A stretch of DNA of 11,666 bases, taken from NCBI GenBank assembly GCA_046726415.1, contig JBKPAK010000058.1, positions 1 through 11,666 of the forward strand, written 5' to 3'. This document shows, piece by piece, positions 1-7,077 of the stretch. The stretch is from Candidatus Methylomirabilota bacterium (GTDB lineage: Bacteria > Methylomirabilota > Methylomirabilia > Rokubacteriales > CSP1-6). The notes under the pieces are model-generated. The model did no database searches. It was not told the DNA's origin and worked only from the letters and a program-made list of their open reading frames with translations. The stretch's first letter is position 1; every line of letters begins with the position of its first letter. The position numbers were made by a program, and so were the translations under genes.

Positions 1-133
1 CCAAGGCGTGTCGGTCGAGCAGGAGGCCCGGCGTATCCTCGCCGAGGGCACGCGGGGCCAGCCGCGCGGAGATCGCCGCCCGGGCCGCCGGCGGAGCGCG
101 TCGGCGTCGCGATCTGGACCGGTCGCTGACGGC
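1..133 (+). pseudogene. Degenerate, internally deleted copy of the fitA-like/vapC TA locus (5' end outside window)
   Basis: By manual alignment, 1-55 matches 7151-7205 (51/55), 61-90 matches 7210-7239 (28/30) after a +1 indel at 56-60, and 91-133 matches 7751-7793 (40/43), the vapC 3' end (AERVGVAIWTGR-TGA). The three peptide blocks lie in three different frames. Confidence 0.9.
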
Positions 134-209
134 CCTCGTGGAGCAGAAGCGGGCGCGGCCGGAGCCGGAACGAAGGGGTGAGCGGCGAAGAACATCCGCC
201 GTCCGGTCA

Positions 210-1049
210 TCAAACCTCGATGATGTGCTTCTGGTAGTCCGGGTCGGGGCGAAAGACACGACGCATCGCCCTGTTTTCTATCTTTTCCTGCAGCCAGTCC
301 ACCGGCGCGTACTGAGTGCGCGTGGCGATCGACTCCTCTCCGAACAGCTGTGAGCGGATGGCGCGCTCCGTGGTCAGGCGCGCGGAATGTCGCCCCAGCC
401 AGAGGAGGAACGCCCGCTCTTCGACCCCTTTCAGGAGCACGAGATCGATCCCGCGTAGGGACGGGTACGGCGAGGTGAGTGGGAGCGCGTAGGGAGCCCG
501 CAAGAAGTTGCGCAAGGTTCGCTCGTCGGCATTGGCGGCGGGCGGTGACCCCGTGAATACGCGATGCCAGTAGGCGAAGGCGTCTTGTACCTGCTGACGA
601 CCCCACAGCCGCTTGAGCGCGGCGGGGGAATCCTCTAGGATCTCGACCCGATACGATCCGAAGAACTGGTACCAGTCGGGTGCGCTGACCCGTGGTCGCT
701 TGCCGCCACCGAAGAACGCCTGGGCCGCCCGGAGGTACGAGAGATCTTGGCCCACGCGACAGCCCTGGATTTCGATCCACGAGCTTGACGTGATGCCCCG
801 GCGCATGGCGTCCAGGTTCTTGACGAACTGTGGGAGGCGATCTCGGAGGAGGGCGTGGATCGCCCTGGTGGGACTGCCCTCGACATGGAATCGGCTGCCG
901 CGAAGCGCGACCGTGCTCCCGCCGAACGCGATGCGCGGGGCGAGCCGTCGCGCCGCCCGCGACAGGAGCGTGAAATCCGCCTGGATCGGCGTGCCGCCGC
1001 CACCCACGACGGCGGAGCCCAGGAGGATCGTGTTTCGATACTGCATCAT
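210..1049 (-). CDS. C-terminal part of the DUF4157 protein (or a translationally coupled separate gene) with a DUF4347/caspase-fold-like IEIQGCRVG motif
   Basis: Only the part of ORF 210..1520 from about AEWRMMQY onward reads as protein-like. It contains WIEIQGCRVGQ (Cys codon 759-761) and RVSAPDW. ATG at 1049 and ATG at 1046 overlap the TGA of the upstream ORF. Confidence 0.7.
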   Translation of the reverse strand: MMQYRNTILLGSAVVGGGGTPIQADFTLLSRAARRLAPRIAFGGSTVALRGSRFHVEGSPTRAIHALLRDRLPQFVKNLDAMRRGITSSSWIEIQGCRVGQDLSYLRAAQAFFGGGKRPRVSAPDWYQFFGSYRVEILEDSPAALKRLWGRQQVQDAFAYWHRVFTGSPPAANADERTLRNFLRAPYALPLTSPYPSLRGIDLVLLKGVEERAFLLWLGRHSARLTTERAIRSQLFGEESIATRTQYAPVDWLQEKIENRAMRRVFRPDPDYQKHIIEV

Positions 1050-2167
1050 GCGCCACTCCGCAGCGCGAGCCATTGGCGGTCCGATTCCAGCGCTCTCTCT
1101 GCCTCCTCCGGCATGGAGCCCGGGGCCGGGGCCACGGCCCCCTCCGCGAAGGCCCGCTCGGTCGCCGATCGAACCCACGCGCGCAAAAGAGGGTTGGCGG
1201 TGCCGCCCAGCCGACGGAAGATCGGTCCCGCCTGGGCATCGGCCCCCAAGAGGCCCGCCAGGTCTCCCTGATGGGCGATCTCCTCGGGAGAGTGATGCTC
1301 GAGGGCGGGTAGCTCGCCGGGGGTGTCGATCCTCCACATCCACTTGAAGACCGCCGGGTATCCGCCATTGATGAGCGCGATCTGCATCTCCAAGGGAGAG
1401 GAATGGGTCACGATAGTGACCCGCCCGATCTGCGGCATGCGGGCGAGATCGGCCACGATCTCCTCGATCGAATCGACCCCCGTCATGACGGGGCTGTAGC
1501 CCCAGCGTTCGAAGAACCATGCCTCGAGGTAATCAGGCGTGCCGTGCTTCGAGACATAGACCGGGTGGGACAGCAGTCGCGCGGCCCGGAGGGCCCCGGA
1601 GACGCGCGGCGGCCTTTGGGGGCCGAGGCGCATCACCGTGTCGCTGGCCTCCGCTTCGAGCGTTGCCGCACCGAGCCCCGCCCGCACCGACCCTGCGTCG
1701 AGACGCTCGGCGATGGGGATCGACCTCGGGACAGCGGGGCGACCGCCGTTGTACCACTGGGCCACGTGCACCAACTCGTGGGCGAGCAGGGAGAGCCCTT
1801 CCCCACGCGTTGGTGCGTAGGCGCTTCGACCGAAGACGATGTCCTCGCCGATCGTGTACGCGGCTGCGTCTCGGGCCTGCGCGGCCCGAGCAGCATGGTC
1901 ATCGGCGTGGATCCGCACCCGCTCGAAGCGCCATCCGAGGGTCGACTCCATCAGCGCGCGCACGGGCCGCGGGAGCGGCGCGGCGCGCCCGAGACCGGCG
2001 CGCGGGTCGGCCGGCGGGGAGTCCTGCGCGCGAGAACTGTTGAGCCACGCGCGGTCGGCTAACGCAGGCGAGAATGCCTCGCGTGGACGCGCCGGCGCGA
2101 AAAGGGATGGAGGTGCCGGCGCGCCACGGCTCGGCGAGAGCGGTGTGGCGACGGCGACGCGTCTCAC
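1046..2167 (-). CDS. DUF4157 (eCIS core domain) protein, N-terminal part
   Basis: Typical DUF4157 signature at about 1757-1976: LPRPVRALMESTLGWRFERVRIHAD..AAAYTIGEDIVF..YAP..LLAHELVHVAQ (HExxH). Start chosen at GTG 2167, which has GGGGA 9 nt upstream and a GTGA overlap with the upstream micro-ORF stop. The start is uncertain. Confidence 0.85.
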   Translation of the reverse strand: MRRVAVATPLSPSRGAPAPPSLFAPARPREAFSPALADRAWLNSSRAQDSPPADPRAGLGRAAPLPRPVRALMESTLGWRFERVRIHADDHAARAAQARDAAAYTIGEDIVFGRSAYAPTRGEGLSLLAHELVHVAQWYNGGRPAVPRSIPIAERLDAGSVRAGLGAATLEAEASDTVMRLGPQRPPRVSGALRAARLLSHPVYVSKHGTPDYLEAWFFERWGYSPVMTGVDSIEEIVADLARMPQIGRVTIVTHSSPLEMQIALINGGYPAVFKWMWRIDTPGELPALEHHSPEEIAHQGDLAGLLGADAQAGPIFRRLGGTANPLLRAWVRSATERAFAEGAVAPAPGSMPEEAERALESDRQWLALRSGA

Positions 2168-2276
2168 GATGTGATGTCCCCGGTCGTCGAGGCGAGGGCC
2201 GCCATGAGCGACGCGGCGCATTGCCCGCAGAACTTCACGTCCACCGGGTTCTCGTGCTCGCACGGGGACACTTCAT
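2164..2276 (-). pseudogene. Zinc-ribbon (CxxC..CxxC) micro-ORF with a 1-nt frameshift
   Basis: GGGAGG RBS, then ATG AAG TGT CCC CG|TGC GAG CAC GAG AAC. Adding one base near 2263 gives MKCPxCEHENPVDVKFCGQCAASLMAALASTTGDITS-stop. Not present in the ORF track. Confidence 0.75.
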
Positions 2277-2524
2277 CCAGGGCCTCCCGCCCGCTGCAGA
2301 GACCGATCGTGCCGCCCTACCCTAGTCGGGATGCTCCACGTGGGCAACGCCCCCGCGCTGGGAGGCGAGCCGGTGCCGACAGAGGGCACCCGATGAACAA
2401 GCGGCCTTTGTCGACGGAGTCGCCGGGCGCGCCGAGGAGCCGGGACTCGGCCTCATCGCCGCAGGCGCGTTCTCGGCGCCCTACGAGGACGTGGAACCGA
2501 AGAGAACGTAGGGCCCGCGCGCGC

Positions 2525-2553
2525 TTGACGGCCCCGGTCTCGTGTGCGAGAAC
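2525..2553 (+). promoter_or_regulatory. Possible sigma70-type promoter for the VOC/dioxygenase operon
   Basis: TTGACG (2525-2530), 17-nt spacer ending in TGc, then a weak -10 GAGAAC (2548-2553). Confidence 0.3.
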
Positions 2554-2629
2554 CTGGGCCCAGGTGACGGCGTCCGGGCGTGAACACTCGCGGCAGGGTC
2601 GGCCTGCATACGACGGGAAGGAGAGAGCC

Positions 2630-3058
2630 ATGGCGAGGATCAAACACATCGCACTGTCGACCGACGATCCCGTGAAGACCGCGGAGTTCTACAAGGATGT
2701 CTTCGGGCTGACGGAGCTGCGCCGAGAGCCCACCGACACCGGCGCCGAGGGCGTCTGGTTGAGTGACGGCTACATCTACTTCGCCATCCTCAAGTACGGC
2801 GGCGAGGACACGCCCAACCTCGGGGAAGGCCCGTCCACCGTCAAGGGCATTCACCACATCGGCTTCTACGTGGACGATCTCGAGGCGACGCGGACCTCGC
2901 TCGAGACGGCGAGCTGCACCGAGTGCCCGGGAAGCACCAAGGTCAACCGGAAGTTCAAGGGTCCTGACGGCGTCATGATCGACGTGCGGGCCAGGGGCTG
3001 GGACGAGCAGATCAAGGCCCGCATGCCGCTGTATCAGCTGACCCCGGCCTCCGCGTGA
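2630..3058 (+). CDS. VOC (glyoxalase/bleomycin resistance/dioxygenase) family protein, 142 aa
   Basis: AAGGAG RBS before ATG 2630. VOC motifs IKHIAL..TAEFYKDVFGL, GIHHIGFYVDDL and FKGPDGVMID. Confidence 0.9.
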   Translation: MARIKHIALSTDDPVKTAEFYKDVFGLTELRREPTDTGAEGVWLSDGYIYFAILKYGGEDTPNLGEGPSTVKGIHHIGFYVDDLEATRTSLETASCTECPGSTKVNRKFKGPDGVMIDVRARGWDEQIKARMPLYQLTPASA

Positions 3059-3086
3059 ACACCCGTGGGCGAGGGGAGGACACCCG

Positions 3087-4142
3087 ATGTTGAAACTCTC
3101 GGACATCAAGTCTTCGGACGCGGAGCTGCAGGAGTACTACGCGCAGCTGCGATCGCAGCACGTGACGCCCGCGTGGATCGGCGGCGGGATCAGCCTCGAG
3201 CCCAAGAGCAAGGCCGTCCCGTACGTGTGGCACTGGCGCGAGCTGCGCTCCCAGGCGATGCGAGCGGCCCAGCTCGTCGGCACCGAGCAGGCCGAGCGGC
3301 GGGTGCTCCGGCTGACGAACCCCGAGCTGGCGGGCGTGTCGGCGAGCAACACCATGGTCGCTAACATCCAGATCGTGATGCCGGGCGAGATCGCGCGCGC
3401 CCATCGCCATTCCGCCTCGGCGCTGCGCCTGATCATCGAGGGCAAGGGCGGCTACACGGTCGTGAACGGCGACCGCATTCCCATGTCTCCGGGGGATCTC
3501 GTGCTGACTCCCAACTGGACGTGGCACGACCACGCCAACGACACCGATGCGCCGATGATCTGGCTCGACGGCCTGGACACCCCGCTGGTGCGGATGCTGG
3601 AGGCCGGGTTCTACGAGGAGTACTACAAGGAGATCCAGACCGTCGGGGAGGGCGTCGATCCGTCCTTCGCGAAGTATGGCGACGGGGGGCTGCGGCCGGC
3701 GTGGGAAGCGCCTCCCTCGGCGCGTTACTCGCCGTTGTGGCACTACCCGATGTCCCAGGCCCGCGCCGCCCTAGAGCGTCTGGCCGCGGAGCACTCGGGC
3801 AGCCCGTTCGACGGCGTCATCCTCGAGTACACGAACCCGGTGACCGGCGGGCCCGCCATGCCGACCATCGCGTGCTACATCCAGCTGCTGCGCCCCGGCG
3901 CGCGGACCCAGGCGCACCGCCAGGTCGCCTGCACGAACTACCACGTGATCGAGGGCTCAGGTTACTCGGTGGTGGGCGGGCAGCAGCTCGACTGGGAGGA
4001 CAAGGACGTGTTCACGGTGCCCACCTGGACCTTCCGGGAGCATGTCAACAGCGGCCACCGTCCCGCCTTCCTGTTCAGCTTTACCGACGCGCCTGTGATG
4101 AAGGCGCTCGATCTCTACCGCGAGGAGACGAAGGCCCGATGA
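3087..4142 (+). CDS. gtdA: Gentisate 1,2-dioxygenase-like bicupin ring-cleavage dioxygenase
   Basis: GGAGG RBS. Motifs ERRVLRLTNP, PGEIARAHRHSASALRLIIEG, TPNWTWHDH, WLDGLDTP, LEYTNPVTGGPAMPTI and FSFTDAPV. The exact substrate is not determinable. Confidence 0.88.
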   Translation: MLKLSDIKSSDAELQEYYAQLRSQHVTPAWIGGGISLEPKSKAVPYVWHWRELRSQAMRAAQLVGTEQAERRVLRLTNPELAGVSASNTMVANIQIVMPGEIARAHRHSASALRLIIEGKGGYTVVNGDRIPMSPGDLVLTPNWTWHDHANDTDAPMIWLDGLDTPLVRMLEAGFYEEYYKEIQTVGEGVDPSFAKYGDGGLRPAWEAPPSARYSPLWHYPMSQARAALERLAAEHSGSPFDGVILEYTNPVTGGPAMPTIACYIQLLRPGARTQAHRQVACTNYHVIEGSGYSVVGGQQLDWEDKDVFTVPTWTFREHVNSGHRPAFLFSFTDAPVMKALDLYREETKAR

Positions 4143-4246
4143 AGGCGTCGTTCGCCGTTCCCGGCCCCGAGGGCGCGGCCTTCGAGCTGCGCGAGACCCC
4201 GGTGCCGGCGGCCGGCCTCGCGCTTATGGTGGACGAGGGCAGGTAA
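4139..4246 (+). pseudogene. Truncated N-terminus of an MDR (zinc-binding alcohol dehydrogenase/quinone oxidoreductase) family gene
   Basis: ATGA overlap with the dioxygenase stop. MKASFAVPGPEGAAFELRETPVPA resembles the MDR N-terminal pattern MKA....G....l.l.e.P.P, then diverges and stops after 35 aa. Confidence 0.55.
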
Positions 4247-4253
4247 CGAGCGA

Positions 4254-5514
4254 GTGAGCCGGCTCCCCGCGGCGCCCCCGGTCAGCACGAAGTTCGGGGC
4301 GCTGCACCATCGCGACTACCGCCGCTACTTCCTCTGGGCGCTCATCGGCATGACGGCCGAGAGCGTCGAGCACGTGGTCAGCTACTGGGTCATCTTCCAG
4401 TCCTTCCACTCGCCGACCCTCGGCGGGTTCGCCGTCATCGGCCACTGGGCGCCGTATCTGTTCTTCTCCGTGTACGCGGGCGCCCTCGCGGACCGGTACG
4501 ACTGCCGCAAGCTCATCCAGGTTGCCCAGGGGCTTCTGATGCTCGCGTCGCTCGCCTGGGCCGTGCTCTTCCTGACCGGCACACTGCGCGCCTGGCACGC
4601 GACCGTGATCCTGGCGATCCACGGGGCCGCCGGCGTGCTCGGGTCGCCGCCATTCCAGCTCATCGTCCACGACATCGTCGGTGCCGAGCATCTGCAGAGC
4701 GCGATCCGTCTCACCGCGATCAGCCGCTACTTCGCGATGCTGGTCGGGCCCGCCGTCGGGGGCGGGCTCATGCTCGTCCTCGGTCCCGGCGTGTCGCTGC
4801 TCGTCAACGTGCTGCTGTACCTGCCGCTCATCCTGTTCCTCTTCCGCCTGCCCTACACGGGGCACGCGGGCGAGGGGGAGGGGCCGCGGCAGGCGCCGCG
4901 CTTCAGTTTCGCGGAGGCGCGCCGGCTCCTCTCCGAGGTGAGCACCGAGCCGCGGATCATCCGAATGGTCGTGTTGGCCGGAGCGACGTCGCTCTTCGTG
5001 GGCAGCGCGTTCCAGGCACAGATGCCGGAATTCGCGCACCATCACGGCTCCGAGGAGGCCGACGTCTGGTACAGCGTGCTCTTCGGCGCCAACGCGGCCG
5101 GCGCCGTGATCGGCGCGCTGCTGCTGGAAAGCGTCACCGTCCTCCGCGGGGGGGGCGCGCGCGGCGATCGTGTGCGCTGTGATCTGGGGAACCGTGATGG
5201 CGATCTTCCCGCTCGCCCACAGCTACGCGGCGTCGGTGGCGCTGCTGGTGCTGGCTGGCATCTTCAACATCGCCTTCACGTCCATGGCGCAGGCGATCGT
5301 TCAGGTCCTGGCCCCGCCCCGGCTCCGGGGTCGCGTCGTCGGGCTCTTCAACACGTCGATGCTCGGGCTCCGGACGACCAGCGGCGTGACGGTCGGCGTC
5401 CTGGGCGCCCTGATCGGCGTCGAATGGTCGCTCGCGCTGAGCGCCTCGGCCGTGGTGCTGGTCGCCCTCGGCCTGCTCGTCGCCGACGTCCGCGCGCGCC
5501 CGTTGGACTCCTAA
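4254..5514 (+). CDS. MFS transporter (EntS/DUF894-like), frameshifted at the G8 tract 5148-5155
   Basis: Multiple hydrophobic helices, AGALADRYDCRKL motif A and APPRLRGRVVG. The two halves (ORFs 4254.. and 5170..5514) join as LRGGARAAIVCAVIWG if one G is removed. Either a pseudogene or a sequencing error. Confidence 0.88.
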
Positions 5515-5642
5515 ACCGGCTTGTCCCGCCTGGCCGTTGCTCCCTCGACGTCGAGGCGTACCCGTTGAACGAGAGGGCCGGAGTACGCGGCGTGGGGACC
5601 GCGCGTAGGAGCTGGGTGAAACAAAGGTAAGATCGGGTCACC

Positions 5643-6851
5643 GTGGAAGACGCCTCCAGCGAGCTGCGCCTGCTCCTCCAGGGCATGTGCTGCGACTACC
5701 TCCTGTTTCGCCACCTCGACGAGGGCGTGCCGCCCGAGGCCATCCGGATCAGGCAGGAGGTGTCCCTCGGCGCCGGCGCCTTCGCGGACATCGAGGTCCG
5801 CGCGGGCCAGGCGCCGCCGTACTTCGTCGAGGTCGATACGGGCTACTCCCGCGATCGCCTGCTCGAGAGCATCCGGCGAAAGTACGGCAAGCCCGTCCCC
5901 GGGACCGACGGCGCTGCGCGGGTCGTGGTGGCCGCCGACGAGAGCGTCCTCGGCGACCGGACGAGTGTCGAGCGTTTGCTGCGCGAGGCCCTGCGGCCCG
6001 GGCTGGCCCTCGAGATCTGGGACGAGCGCCACCTGCTCCGGCTCCTCGGTGAGCGCTTTGGTGTCTCCCTCAGCGCGCTGGGTGAGGACGACCTCCTCGC
6101 CCTGCGAAACGCCGTCGACCACGCCAAGGGCTCCTATGCCTTCGGCGACGGGTTCCAGAACGACCCCCTCCAGGCCACCCTCCTCTGGCACCTTGCCTTC
6201 TGGCGCGTGCGCCGGCTTCGCGAGGCCGGTCGGATCCTGCCCCGTTCGATCCTGCCGCCCGGCCTGTACCGGGATGTCGTGGTCGTCATGGCCGACCTCT
6301 GCTCATACTCGAGCTACGTGCGCGACACGCGCGACGAGGCGGTCTCGCGCCGCTCGCTGACGTCGTTCGCCTCCAGGACGCGCCACCGTGTCGTCAACGA
6401 CAGCGGGATGCTCTACCAGTTCCTCGGAGACTCGGTGGTCGGGCTCTTCGGCATCCCCGAGGCGCCGCCGGCATACGCGGAGCAAGCGGTGGAGTGCGCA
6501 CGCGGACTGGTCGACATCGGCGCCTCGGTCGCGACCGAGTGGCAGCGCCAGATCGACCAGATCCAGCCGGCCGCCGGGGTGCACGTCTCCATGACCCTCG
6601 GCGACCTCCAGGTGCTCTCGCTCCGACCCCTGAGCCGCACGCACATGGGCGTCATCGGCGACTCCATCAACCTCGCCGACCGCCTCAACACGGCCGCTGG
6701 ATGCGACGAGATCGTAGTGAGCAACACGCTGTACCAGCGCCTGCCCGACACTCTCCGCGCGGAGTTCCAGGAAGTGCCGCCGGTCGAGGCGAAGAACATC
6801 GGCCGGATCCGCGCCTGGAAGCTCGGCCCGCTCCGCCCCCCCGTCGGGTAA
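5643..6851 (+). CDS. Class III adenylate/guanylate cyclase-domain protein with an N-terminal PD-(D/E)xK nuclease-like domain
   Basis: The C-terminal half has VVMADLCSYS, QFLGDSVVGLFG, VIGDSINLADRL, IVVS and EAKNIG. The N-terminus has QEVSL..FADIEV..FVEVDTG and LEIWDERHLLRLL. The cyclase call is strong and the nuclease-fold call is moderate. Confidence 0.85.
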   Translation: MEDASSELRLLLQGMCCDYLLFRHLDEGVPPEAIRIRQEVSLGAGAFADIEVRAGQAPPYFVEVDTGYSRDRLLESIRRKYGKPVPGTDGAARVVVAADESVLGDRTSVERLLREALRPGLALEIWDERHLLRLLGERFGVSLSALGEDDLLALRNAVDHAKGSYAFGDGFQNDPLQATLLWHLAFWRVRRLREAGRILPRSILPPGLYRDVVVVMADLCSYSSYVRDTRDEAVSRRSLTSFASRTRHRVVNDSGMLYQFLGDSVVGLFGIPEAPPAYAEQAVECARGLVDIGASVATEWQRQIDQIQPAAGVHVSMTLGDLQVLSLRPLSRTHMGVIGDSINLADRLNTAAGCDEIVVSNTLYQRLPDTLRAEFQEVPPVEAKNIGRIRAWKLGPLRPPVG

Positions 6852-7034
6852 GTGCCGGTCGGAGCAGGCCCGCCTTTTCGTCCGTCCCAGCAGAAGTCTC
6901 AATCGCTGCAATCACCACAGTCACTGCCTTGCCCTCGATCTCGGTGTCGACTTCGAGGTGCGCTTGGCGCGAAGGCCGGTGCGACCGGATCTCGTGAAGC
7001 CGTGGCTGATCCCGCCCGCAGCGCATTTAATATT

Positions 7035-7077
7035 TGATATCACGTTGCGCTAGCCCTGATAGCATTATACGATAGCA
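7035..7077 (+). promoter_or_regulatory. TA promoter with FitA-type operator half-sites
   Basis: AT-rich patch containing -35 TTGCGC (7045-7050), a 17-nt spacer and -10 TACGAT (7068-7073). Boxes are TGATATCA (7035-7042), TGATAGCA (7057-7064) and CGATAGCA (7070-7077). Confidence 0.7.

Noticed and set aside
2-129. In-frame antitoxin-toxin fusion protein in the remnant
   Set aside because: The three homologous blocks fall in frames 2, 3 and 1, so no fusion ORF exists as sequenced.
1050-1520. N-terminal 157 aa of ORF 210..1520
   Set aside because: Gly/Arg-rich off-frame translation overlapping the real DUF4157 frame.
2171-2629. Long N-terminal extension of the VOC ORF (2171..3058)
   Set aside because: Low-complexity Arg/Pro/Ser sequence. 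The clear RBS and family start are at 2630.
5156-5630. Basic C-terminal tail of ORF 4254..5630
   Set aside because: A product of the G8 frameshift. The true MFS C-terminus is in the frame ending at 5514.
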